Below, in pieces: positions 53,224 to 61,712 of a stretch of 64,000 nucleotides of DNA. How positions within the stretch are numbered: position 1 is the first letter of the stretch; each line of letters begins with the position of its first letter. The stretch comes from an uncultured Gammaproteobacteria bacterium (GTDB lineage Bacteria; Patescibacteriota; Microgenomatia; Levybacterales; UBA12049), in NCBI GenBank assembly GCA_964564035.1, contig CAZLZN010000004.1:10632-74631 (forward strand). Reading direction: 5' to 3'. Both the position numbers and the translations under genes were made by a program. Under the pieces are notes generated by a model. The model did not search any database. It was not told the DNA's origin and was given only the letters and a program-made list of their open reading frames with translations.

Positions 53224-54168
53224 ATGAAATTATCCAAAATTCAGCTTGCGGTTATCGCCTTAATTATTACTAACATGATTTGGGGCGCGGCGTCGCCTAT
53301 TTTCAAATGGTCGCTTGAAGAGATTTCTCCTTTTACTCTCGCTTTTTTGAGATTTTCAATCGCGGCATTGATACTGCTTCCATTTATACGCAAAAATATG
53401 AAACTCAAGCGTGAGGATATTCCCTATATCGTATTTTTGTCGGTGATAGGTCTCACATTTCATATCGCGTATTATTTTACGGGACTGAGGCTGTCTTCGA
53501 GCATAAATGTTCCTATCATTTCGTCAGCGGCACCGATTTTTTTGATAATCGGTTCCACTTTGTTTCTGCATGAGAAGATCAAGAAAAAAGTAATATTCGG
53601 AATGACAGTAAGCCTGGCCGGCGTCGTCCTGATAATCCTGAGGCCTATATTTGAAACCGGTGTTGACAGTTCGCTGATCGGAAATTTGTTGTTTACAGTG
53701 TCGATGGGGCTTTCGGTATTTTATACTCTAATGCTGAAGGAAATTTCTCCAAAATACAACCCGCTGACGCTGACGTTTTGGATTTTTGTAATTTCATCAA
53801 TAAGTTTTATACCCCTCGTAATATTTGAAACCGGCGGCTTATATCTCAATTTTAGTTGGGACGCGAAATCTATGATCGGGATTGGATTCGGAGCGGTTTT
53901 ATGCTCTGTTGTCGCGTATTCGCTGCATGCATTCGCGATAAAATATATATCGGCAAGCGAAGTCGCGCTTTTTGCGTATGTTGATCCTGTTATCGCGATG
54001 CTTATCGCGAGGCCTTTGCTTGGCGAAACGATTACTTCAACATTCTTGGTTGGAGCGGTTCTTATATTTTTTGGGATTTTTTTGGCTGAAGGCCGACTTC
54101 ATTACCACCCAATACATTTGCTGAACCGTAAAGATTATTCGAATATGGATTTTAAAACTAAAGAATAA
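53224..54168 (+). CDS. DMT superfamily transporter (two EamA domains)
   Basis: 314 aa with 10 TM helices in an EamA-like duplicated pattern. Confidence 0.85.
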   Translation: MKLSKIQLAVIALIITNMIWGAASPIFKWSLEEISPFTLAFLRFSIAALILLPFIRKNMKLKREDIPYIVFLSVIGLTFHIAYYFTGLRLSSSINVPIISSAAPIFLIIGSTLFLHEKIKKKVIFGMTVSLAGVVLIILRPIFETGVDSSLIGNLLFTVSMGLSVFYTLMLKEISPKYNPLTLTFWIFVISSISFIPLVIFETGGLYLNFSWDAKSMIGIGFGAVLCSVVAYSLHAFAIKYISASEVALFAYVDPVIAMLIARPLLGETITSTFLVGAVLIFFGIFLAEGRLHYHPIHLLNRKDYSNMDFKTKE

Positions 54169-54471
54169 CTATTTTGCTTTGACGCCTTTGCGATCTAATC
54201 CGTAGCTAACGATACGTCTGCCGGTGTAATATTTAAGTAAACCTAACCAATATCTATCCATAGCGGTGTTATTCGCAGACAAACATATAGCGCCTTGGTT
54301 GTCTTTGTCTACCCCAGGCTCCATTGAAATTGCTCTTTCGCAATGATGAGTTACATAATCCAAGTCTTTAAACATAAATGTTCCAATAGCAAGCAATCCG
54401 GATGCCTGAATACCTGAGCCAACTGCAACAATTGACTTATTTAAGAATTCTCTTCTTGAAATTTTTTCCAT
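54169..54471 (-). CDS. small protein with twin-arginine (Tat) signal-like N-terminus
   Basis: Start taken at MEKISRREFLNKSIVAVGSGIQASGLLAIG (SRREFL matches S-R-R-x-F-L). ~100 aa with HHC and ICL Cys sites. The ORF-track start at 54540 would cover the rpmE promoter. Confidence 0.5.
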   Translation of the reverse strand: MEKISRREFLNKSIVAVGSGIQASGLLAIGTFMFKDLDYVTHHCERAISMEPGVDKDNQGAICLSANNTAMDRYWLGLLKYYTGRRIVSYGLDRKGVKAK

Positions 54472-54533
54472 ATCAGTTTTTTCATTGTAACAATTTAATA
54501 TATTAAAGTCAATACTATAAGCCTTTTTGAGGC

Positions 54534-54562
54534 TTGTCAATCGGATTTATTTCAGTTATAAT
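54534..54562 (+). promoter_or_regulatory. sigma70-type promoter TTGTCA-N17-TATAAT, 6 nt upstream of the rpmE ATG
   Basis: ttgtca at 54534-54539 and tataat at 54557-54562, followed by agtgac and then ATG 54569. No SD. Leaderless architecture is inferred. Confidence 0.6.
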
Positions 54563-54568
54563 AGTGAC

Positions 54569-54868
54569 ATGAAAACAGCAATACACCCTCAATTTTATGA
54601 CGAAGCGCAGGTAATATGCGTTTGCGGCAATAAGTTTACGACCGGATCGACGCAGGAAAAGATCCATGTCGAGTTGTGTCATAAATGCCACCCATTCTAT
54701 ACAGGAAACCAAAAATTTGTCGACACAGGATCCCTGATCAAAAAATTCCAGACAAAACAGGAAAACGCTCAAAAATATCAGACCACCAAGAAAAAGAAGA
54801 TCGAAGAGAAGAAGAAATCACAAGAAGGCCCCAAAACACTCCGCGAAATGCTCATGGGACTGAAGTAG
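54569..54868 (+). CDS. rpmE: 50S ribosomal protein L31 (Zn-ribbon type A) with Lys-rich C-terminal tail
   Basis: [36 protein letters not shown].. Started at Met 54569, not the upstream ORF-track codon 54527. Confidence 0.9.
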   Translation: MKTAIHPQFYDEAQVICVCGNKFTTGSTQEKIHVELCHKCHPFYTGNQKFVDTGSLIKKFQTKQENAQKYQTTKKKKIEEKKKSQEGPKTLREMLMGLK

Positions 54869-54933
54869 CATACCTCTAATCTATTCTAGAACTTTATAGA
54901 TCTGCTATGAAAAATAACCTTTCTCTTATAATA

Positions 54934-55056
54934 AAAAATCAAAATGCAAAATTAAAAACGCAAAATGCTAAATAACAACGTAATAGATAAAATAATTTTA
55001 TTTTTTTATATATAAACTGTTATTTTGCATTTTGCGCTTTACGCTTTTAAATTTTT
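54934..55056. repeat. two heptamer arrays in inverted orientation, forming a 19-bp-stem hairpin between rpmE and prfA
   Basis: A-rich heptads at 54934-54975 (aaaaatc aaaatgc aaaatta aaaacgc aaaatgc taaataa). T-rich heptads at 55021-55055 (tattttg cattttg cgcttta cgctttt aaatttt). Arm cgcaaaatgctaaataaca (54959-54977) is complementary to tgttattttgcattttgcg (55018-55036) at 18 of 19 positions. Confidence 0.8.
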
Positions 55057-55944
55057 ATGGCCGATTATAGATTAGTACAATTACAGGAGCTTGAACAGAA
55101 GATCGAAGAGACGAAAGTACTTCTCTCCGATCCAACCCTCGCGGAGCTAACACAGCAAGAGCTTGCTGAATTGGAGGCCCAAAAGAAAACGATCGAAGAG
55201 AGTCTGCAGGCATCCAAGGAGAAAAACGAAGATAATTTTGATGAGCGCAATATAATACTTGAAGTCAAGGGAGCGGCCGGAGGAGATGAGGCCAAGCTTT
55301 GGGCTGAAGAGCTTGTAAGAATGTATTCCAGATTTTCACAAAGAAGAGGCTTTGTGGTTGAGCGGCTCGACGAATATGTCATCAAACTTAGCGGCAGAAA
55401 CGCGTTCGGCGAGCTAAAATACGAGGCGGGAGTTCATAGAGTCCAGAGAATTCCTGCGACTGAAAAACGAGGAAGAGTACATACGTCGACGGCGACTGTT
55501 TCGATACTACCCGAACTTGAAGATATCGATCTGCATATTGCTCCGGAGGATATTGATTTTGAGGCATTCAGAAGCGGCGGACACGGCGGCCAGAATGTTA
55601 ATAAGGTTTCGACGGCTGTGAGGATCGTACATAAGCCGAGCGGGATTGTCGTTACAGCATCGGCTGAGCGGTCTCAGGGACAAAACCGGGAAAATGCAAT
55701 GAAATTGCTTCGCGCAAAACTTTGGGAGATAGAAGTCGAAAAACAGCAGACACAACTCGCCTCGCTAAGATCAACACAGGTCGGACGCGGAATGAGAGCC
55801 GAGAAGATAAAAACTTACAATTTCCCTCAAGATAGATTGACCGATCACAGAATTAACAGATCATGGAAAAATCTGCCGGAAATACTGGATGGAGATATAC
55901 CGAACGAGCATCCTCAGGACGAAGCGATAATAAAGACAGATTAA
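55057..55944 (+). CDS. prfA: peptide chain release factor 1 (compact, 295 aa)
   Basis: PAT tripeptide ([14 protein letters not shown]) and GGQ motif ([21 protein letters not shown]). The N-terminal domain is shorter than in E. coli RF1. Confidence 0.9.
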   Translation: MADYRLVQLQELEQKIEETKVLLSDPTLAELTQQELAELEAQKKTIEESLQASKEKNEDNFDERNIILEVKGAAGGDEAKLWAEELVRMYSRFSQRRGFVVERLDEYVIKLSGRNAFGELKYEAGVHRVQRIPATEKRGRVHTSTATVSILPELEDIDLHIAPEDIDFEAFRSGGHGGQNVNKVSTAVRIVHKPSGIVVTASAERSQGQNRENAMKLLRAKLWEIEVEKQQTQLASLRSTQVGRGMRAEKIKTYNFPQDRLTDHRINRSWKNLPEILDGDIPNEHPQDEAIIKTD

Positions 55945-56633
55945 AATGCCTTGAGGTCGCGGGCTTTGTAATTTTCGATAAGCTCCAGATGATTCTTGTC
56001 TACAATTATTTTGGCGACGTGCCTGCCGCCTGCCAAATGAGGCATGACCACATAATCGGCACCTGCCTTGTACAAATCCATTGCATCAATTTTTTCCAAT
56101 GCGCTTACAACGACAATTGCCTTTTTGTTTCTGCGTTTCAAACTTTCGAGTATCAGTAAGTTATCTTCAACGTCCGGAACAGTCGAAACAATAATATGAG
56201 CGTGTTCAAGGCCGGCTATATCTTGAATATCCGTATCCGAGATGTCGCCGTAAACACAATCCACTTTGCCTGTTAATCTCTTGATAACTTCGGGATCAAA
56301 ATCTACCACCACGAGCTTGTGGTGATTGGTCTGAAGTGCTTCCATTATATGCTCCCCCATTCTGTTTGCACCTACTAAAATAATGTGATTTTTTAATTGA
56401 TCTTTATTTAATTCGATCTCGTGTATGTTTTTCCTTTCAAAAACATTAAGAGCAGGCTCTAAAAATTTATATAAACGCTTGCCGTTCATGATCATATAAG
56501 TAGACAAAACAAAAGTAATTGCTCCCGCTAAAGTAATAATAGATACCACCTCATCGGGAACATGGTTTATTTTGTTACCCATAAATACAACGATTATGCT
56601 GAACTCGGAAATTTGAGCAACTGTCAGACCCAC
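55941..56633 (-). CDS. C-terminal part of a Kef-type cation/proton antiporter (last TM helices + RCK/TrkA-N domain); split gene
   Basis: ..[15 protein letters not shown].. then Rossmann [17 protein letters not shown]. The ORF begins at an internal GTG and continues the upstream ORF after a frame change at the A7 tract (see findings). Confidence 0.75.
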   Translation of the reverse strand: MGLTVAQISEFSIIVVFMGNKINHVPDEVVSIITLAGAITFVLSTYMIMNGKRLYKFLEPALNVFERKNIHEIELNKDQLKNHIILVGANRMGEHIMEALQTNHHKLVVVDFDPEVIKRLTGKVDCVYGDISDTDIQDIAGLEHAHIIVSTVPDVEDNLLILESLKRRNKKAIVVVSALEKIDAMDLYKAGADYVVMPHLAGGRHVAKIIVDKNHLELIENYKARDLKAF

Positions 56634-57610
56634 GAGAAAAGATGTTTTTTTCTATAACCAAAAAAGCCAAGGATACTTGTTAAAATTATCGGATTTCCAA
56701 TCAGTACATATGCTGCCAGAATAACAGCAGGCAGCCATATTGCGCCTATGTTGTTTATAAGCAAACTCATTCCAAGCGTCACGAAGAAAATCGTTATAAA
56801 AAAATCTCTGAGCGCTTTGACTTTGGAGACAATCTGAAAATTTTCAGCGGAATTGGCGAGCGCGAGTCCAGCCAGAAATCCTCCGATCTCGATCGAGAAA
56901 CCTACGTACGGAGAGCTAACCAAGGCGGACATGCCGAAAGCCCACGCCAAGCTGAAGAGAAAAAGTATTTCGGACGAACGGGCGATTTTCTCGACAAGCT
57001 TGGGCAGAAGAGTATTGCTAAAAACTATGACCCAGCCGAATAGAACAATTGCCTTGAGAAATAGAAGCACAAAACTAACGACGCTAACCTGCTCTCCGCC
57101 ATTTTGGAAACCGGACAATATAATAAGCGCAAAAATCGCGACAAAATCCTGAACCAATAAAATTCCGACTGCAATTTTGCCATATAAACTGTTCAGATCT
57201 TTTTTGTCCGACAATAATTTCACAATGATAATCGTGCTTGAGAAAGTGAGCGCTATGGCCATATACAGAGACGTGAGTGACGAAAATCCGAGCGAGATAC
57301 AGATAAGATACCCTACTGCGGTTGTAAATAATATTTGTCCTGTGCCCGTTATTACAGCAACACGTCCTACGGAGCGCAATTCTTTTAGACGGAGCTCAAG
57401 TCCGAGCATGAAAAGCAGTAAAGTTATGCCTATTTGCCCTAGCGAACTCATAACTTCGCCGCTATCCAGCCTGATAAAACCTACCGGCCCAACAATAATG
57501 CCTGTTATAATATAGGCAAGAATTGCTGGCTGTTTGAAAAATTTGAATATAATGGATAGTACAGAGGCTATACAAATGATAATTGTAATTTCAAAAAAAA
57601 CTTTTTCCAT
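56624..57610 (-). CDS. N-terminal part of a Kef-type cation/proton antiporter (Na_H_Exchanger TM domain); split gene
   Basis: 328 aa with ~10 TM helices, typical CPA2 (..GIIVGPVGF.., ..LLFMLGLELRL..). Ends ..[11 protein letters not shown] just after an A7 run (plus-strand T7 at 56645-56651). Confidence 0.75.
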   Translation of the reverse strand: MEKVFFEITIIICIASVLSIIFKFFKQPAILAYIITGIIVGPVGFIRLDSGEVMSSLGQIGITLLLFMLGLELRLKELRSVGRVAVITGTGQILFTTAVGYLICISLGFSSLTSLYMAIALTFSSTIIIVKLLSDKKDLNSLYGKIAVGILLVQDFVAIFALIILSGFQNGGEQVSVVSFVLLFLKAIVLFGWVIVFSNTLLPKLVEKIARSSEILFLFSLAWAFGMSALVSSPYVGFSIEIGGFLAGLALANSAENFQIVSKVKALRDFFITIFFVTLGMSLLINNIGAIWLPAVILAAYVLIGNPIILTSILGFFGYRKKHLFSWV

Positions 57611-57988
57611 AGGCAGATAATTTTATTGTAGCACAATTATTGATCAGTAAATATAAAAAAAAGTAATATGATAAGGGTAAACGGTTCTAAAGCCGGCAAT
57701 AATTTATTCAAATGAAGATTTCAATTAGATTAATTTTCTGATTTTTCTTTGATATTTAATGAGCCTAGATGTGTTTGTAAATTCTTTTCTAATCTCAAAA
57801 ATGTTTTATCAATAATTTTTTCCAATTCAATTAATATTAGTTTTTTCTCCTTCGCGCTAAAATTAAACATAAAAAAAGTATAACAAGATAATTTTCAGTT
57901 ACAATATTGCAATTTGTATCATTTTATTTAATTAGACGACATCTTGCCCAGAATGATACATAATGATATAATTTGTACATATAATAAT

Positions 57989-58999
57989 ATGTCAAAAAGC
58001 GAATTAAAGCCTGGCGCCGGAAACCTGGAAAACACAACTAATCTTAAAGTGTTAGGAGTTAAACAAGTAGAATTTAGACGCGGAATAAAATTTGGCGACA
58101 TAAAACAAGTCGGGGAAGCCATGAAGACGCTGGCTTCCGGCTTACGCACTACTACCCTTAGGAGAGAAAGTAATATTACATTCATTAATGGAATAATAGA
58201 GTCCGCAAATAGTGCCATGGACACGCAAAAGGGTTTTTATAGTAATTTATTTTTAAGCGGGGCTGAAGGGACATCTTTTCAAAATTCGGGATTTGCTGTC
58301 CAACGCATTGACGATAGTGAGGGGTTTTTACTGCAAGTAACTCAGGGAATAAAGCCAAGTAAAAATGGTGATTATGATAGGCGAAGAGAAATTAAGCTCG
58401 CAAAGGAATTAACTGTTGAGAGAGCATTATTTTCGAGAGACGTTTTGATCACATTGGATCCTGAGGGGCAGAAATTTAACTTAGACATCGCAGAAGTGGC
58501 TAAACGATTGAATGAAGGTGGAGTCAGTAACATGCTTACAACTATTTATGCGGTGGATAATAAAAGTGACGGACAGCATAGAAACAACTTAATTGATGGT
58601 CGCAGAATAGTCGACCAGCTTTTTGACCCTGAAACTATTCATAAACATATTGAGCAAACTTTTAAAGATAAACAGCATTATAGCGCTGATTTGGGCCGCA
58701 TATCTGATAATTTAGTAGGGCATGTTGGATTAATTGGTGGACGAAGATTTAGATGGCATTTTAGAGGCAATACAGGAACAAGAGGAGCGGACCAATGGAC
58801 ACGCGATGACACTGTTATTTCGGGTCCTTCCGCAAAAGCAAAAGACAAGAGCGGATATAGGGCATATCTGGCAATTGGGTTGCACAGAAGAGCTCTAAAC
58901 TCACCCGATCATCTGATGCCACTAAATGATGAACAGTTAAAAACTACAGATGTATTTGTTGCAAAAACAAACAGTGCATTTCCGGTAACGTGCAGTTAG
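57989..58999 (+). CDS. hypothetical protein with Arg-rich C-terminal region (orphan)
   Basis: Start preferred at MSKSELKPG (57989), preceded by gatataat/tataat boxes; the ORF track starts at 57944. No TM or signal. ..GGRRFRWHFRGNTGTRGADQWTRDD... No family recognised. Confidence 0.6.
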   Translation: MSKSELKPGAGNLENTTNLKVLGVKQVEFRRGIKFGDIKQVGEAMKTLASGLRTTTLRRESNITFINGIIESANSAMDTQKGFYSNLFLSGAEGTSFQNSGFAVQRIDDSEGFLLQVTQGIKPSKNGDYDRRREIKLAKELTVERALFSRDVLITLDPEGQKFNLDIAEVAKRLNEGGVSNMLTTIYAVDNKSDGQHRNNLIDGRRIVDQLFDPETIHKHIEQTFKDKQHYSADLGRISDNLVGHVGLIGGRRFRWHFRGNTGTRGADQWTRDDTVISGPSAKAKDKSGYRAYLAIGLHRRALNSPDHLMPLNDEQLKTTDVFVAKTNSAFPVTCS

Positions 59000-59062
59000 A
59001 GACTCCAAATTTTACAAAATTATAAAAATAATCTACAATATCCCCCTGCGGCTAGTAGCGCA

Positions 59063-60541
59063 ATGCAAATAGCCAACAGCCAATATATGCTGCCGGAGAA
59101 AATTGCTTTTGTTGATATCGAAACGACGGGGTTGCGGGCCTTTTATGACCGCATAATTGAAATTGCAATACACCGCGTTGAGAACAATAAGATCTCACGA
59201 TCGTTCCATACACTTATAAACCCCCAATCTCATCTGCCGCCAGAAATCACCATGATAACAGGTATTACAGCCGGAGATCTGGAAAACGCGCCGACTTTCA
59301 GGCAAATAAAAGATGATGTCCTCGAAATCATGGACGGATGCGTCTTCGCTGCACACAACGTCAGATTTGATTATGGTTTTATCAAAAGCGAATTTCAGAG
59401 ACTTGAATATACTTTTAAAACCAAGCACTTTTGCACCGTACGTCTGTCGAGAGCGCTATATCCTCAATTTAAACATCATAATCTTGACAGTTTGATCGAA
59501 CGGTTTAAATTTGAGTGCGAAAATCGTCACCGAGCTTTTGATGACGCGAGAATTTTGTTTTCTTTTTATGAAAAAATTTTGGGAGAGTTTCCTATTGAAA
59601 AAATTGCCAAAGCTATCAATATCGGACTCAAAAAACCAAATGTTCCAATTAAGCTTAAAACCAATCTCAAAGATATTCCCGAAAAACCCGGAGTGTATAT
59701 TTTTTATGGTGATAACGGCACGCCATTGTATGTTGGTAAAAGTATAAATTTGTACGAGCGGGTGATGTCACATTTTTCGGCGGATATCCACTCCCCTGTC
59801 GAGATGAAAATTTCGCAACAGATTGAGAGCCTGGAGACCATTACGACTGCCGGAGAACTGGGGGCACTGCTTCTGGAATCAGAGCTTATAAAAAAGATGC
59901 TTCCTTTGTATAATAAAAAATCCAGGATAAAACATGAGCTCATTGCGCTGAAGAAGCAAATTAACAAGGAAGGATATGAAACGGCTCAATTAATGCCGAT
60001 TTCGAATCCCCAATTTGAATACAATACAGATAAAATGGACGAATTGTCCAGACTGTTTGGTTTTTTTAAATCGCGAAAGCAGGCTAAGAGTTTTCTTGCC
60101 GATGCTGCCAAAGAATACGGTTTGTGCGAGAAGCTGTTGGGACTTGAAAAAACAAACGGCGCCTGTTTTGCATATAGACTCGGCAGATGCCGCGGGGCAT
60201 GCACAGGACATGAACAAGCCGCTGCTTATAATATTCGTTTTCTGAGTGCGTTTGCGGGATTTAATATCAAGCCCTGGCCATTCCCCGGCATGATCGCGAT
60301 CGAAGAAGCTGATGGAAACGTAAAAGAATTGATTCTCGTCGACAAATGGTGTCTGCTGGGCAGGATCAAGCTAGATACGGCCGGCAATAGTAACGCTCAA
60401 ATATTGCCGAATACATACTTTGACCTCGATACATATAAGATCATAAAGCAGTATGTATACCGTGAGCAAAATTTGAATAAGATCAGGCTTTTAAAAGGTG
60501 ACGAGATTAACGCGCTTACGGGTAATTCCAGCGTATATTAG
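59063..60541 (+). CDS. DnaQ-like 3'-5' exonuclease fused to a GIY-YIG (UvrC/Cho-like) nuclease domain
   Basis: Exo motifs FVDIETTGL, FAAHNVRFDYGFI and HRAFDDARIL. GIY-YIG: PGVYIFYGDNGTPLYVGKSINLYERVMSHF. The same fusion type as mycobacterial Cho-like proteins (from memory). Confidence 0.85.
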   Translation: MQIANSQYMLPEKIAFVDIETTGLRAFYDRIIEIAIHRVENNKISRSFHTLINPQSHLPPEITMITGITAGDLENAPTFRQIKDDVLEIMDGCVFAAHNVRFDYGFIKSEFQRLEYTFKTKHFCTVRLSRALYPQFKHHNLDSLIERFKFECENRHRAFDDARILFSFYEKILGEFPIEKIAKAINIGLKKPNVPIKLKTNLKDIPEKPGVYIFYGDNGTPLYVGKSINLYERVMSHFSADIHSPVEMKISQQIESLETITTAGELGALLLESELIKKMLPLYNKKSRIKHELIALKKQINKEGYETAQLMPISNPQFEYNTDKMDELSRLFGFFKSRKQAKSFLADAAKEYGLCEKLLGLEKTNGACFAYRLGRCRGACTGHEQAAAYNIRFLSAFAGFNIKPWPFPGMIAIEEADGNVKELILVDKWCLLGRIKLDTAGNSNAQILPNTYFDLDTYKIIKQYVYREQNLNKIRLLKGDEINALTGNSSVY

Positions 60542-60566
60542 AAAATCGAATTATTTGCGGTTCTGA

Positions 60567-60734
60567 TTAATAGAAGAGCATTAGACCGAAAACTATAAGC
60601 ACAAATGCTCCACCGACGATCAAAATAAATTCTTTATCAACGCCCCAGACGTGGTTCTTGCTATTTGTTTTGACAGCTTTTACTGATTTTTTCGCGCTTA
60701 CGGCCTTTGCTTTTTTGGCAGTTTTTTTCTTCAC
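60567..60734 (-). CDS. small Lys-rich protein with C-terminal TM helix
   Basis: GTG start at 60734, preceded by GAGGAGGTGATAAC (strong SD). VKKKTAKKAKAVSAKKSVKAV.. then FILIVGGAFVLIVFGLMLFY. Confidence 0.55.
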   Translation of the reverse strand: MKKKTAKKAKAVSAKKSVKAVKTNSKNHVWGVDKEFILIVGGAFVLIVFGLMLFY

Positions 60735-60839
60735 GTTATCACCTCCTCTCATTATAATAATACTCATAAATGCACGATAATTGTCAAGAGGCTATAAGTT
60801 TAGGTATGGTGAATAAGAGTTGCGGCGGGAATAATATGA

Positions 60840-61613
60840 TTAATAATTAACGAATTTGGTGATGTTGGATTTTTTCTCAAGCTGAGCAAACCAATCCTGG
60901 GCTTTTTGAGGGAGCTGAGATTTTTTGAGTTGTTCACGAGCTTCTTTTCTGAGATCAGCTTCTTTTTTGTCTTTGGGTAAAAATTCTTTATTTTCCTCGA
61001 TATATTTGTCTACGTCCTGTTCGGAGACTTTGATTCCGTCGCCTACCATTTTGGTAACCAATAGATCCAGACGGACAATTCTTTGCAAGTCAGATCGTGT
61101 CATACCCTGAAGTTTGAGCATCTGATCAATATTTTGACCCTGAGAGGAAAGATTTTTTTCGATATCTTTGATCTGGTCATTTAGTTCTTTATCGCTTATG
61201 GTGATGTTTTGTTTACGCGCTTCCTGCTCAACAAGCACTGTCCTGACAGCAGAGTCCAAGACCTGCTTGCCGCTTGCCTTTTCTGCTTCGCTAACTATTT
61301 CGAGCCTGCTGATCGGCTGGCCGTTTACAACCGCGGCAACCAATAAGCCCCGGCCAAAATATAACAGTGCTCCGAGTGCGATTATTGCTACGGCAATTAT
61401 AAGTGTCGTTTTGTGAATTCTAAAAGCTTTCGGTCCGACTGTTGATTTTTCAGCTTGCGGCGCGCTATTGGCTTCGGCGGTTTCAGGTGTTTTTTTTACC
61501 GCAGCAGGTTTTATTGACTTGCTTCCGGTAGAGGCTTTAGCAGGTCTGGATTTTGCGGTCGAGCTGTTTTTTGCAGATACCGGAGTTTTTTTTGTTTTAG
61601 TTTTAGTCGCCAT
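60840..61613 (-). CDS. membrane-anchored SurA N-terminal-domain-like chaperone (no PPIase domain seen)
   Basis: Lys/Ala/Thr-rich N-terminus, a TM helix, then ..VVNGQPISRLEIVSEAEK..VLDSAVRTVLVEQEARK.., which resembles the SurA_N/PrsA N-domain. Confidence 0.6.
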   Translation of the reverse strand: MATKTKTKKTPVSAKNSSTAKSRPAKASTGSKSIKPAAVKKTPETAEANSAPQAEKSTVGPKAFRIHKTTLIIAVAIIALGALLYFGRGLLVAAVVNGQPISRLEIVSEAEKASGKQVLDSAVRTVLVEQEARKQNITISDKELNDQIKDIEKNLSSQGQNIDQMLKLQGMTRSDLQRIVRLDLLVTKMVGDGIKVSEQDVDKYIEENKEFLPKDKKEADLRKEAREQLKKSQLPQKAQDWFAQLEKKSNITKFVNY

Positions 61614-61712
61614 ATTTTGTAATGAATTGATAATTTGTTATATATTATTATATATTAACGATTAACCGAAATGCAATAGGAATTTCGACAGCATTTTAAG
61701 ATAAATCGGGAA

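Noticed and set aside
57730-57870. 46-aa helical ORF (MFNFSAKEKKLILIELEKIIDKTFLRLEKNLQTHLGSLNIKEKSEN) on the minus strand upstream of the 57989 gene.
   Set aside because: It has no SD, no recognisable family, and AT-driven composition, so I cannot support it as a gene from sequence alone. It is mentioned only as context.
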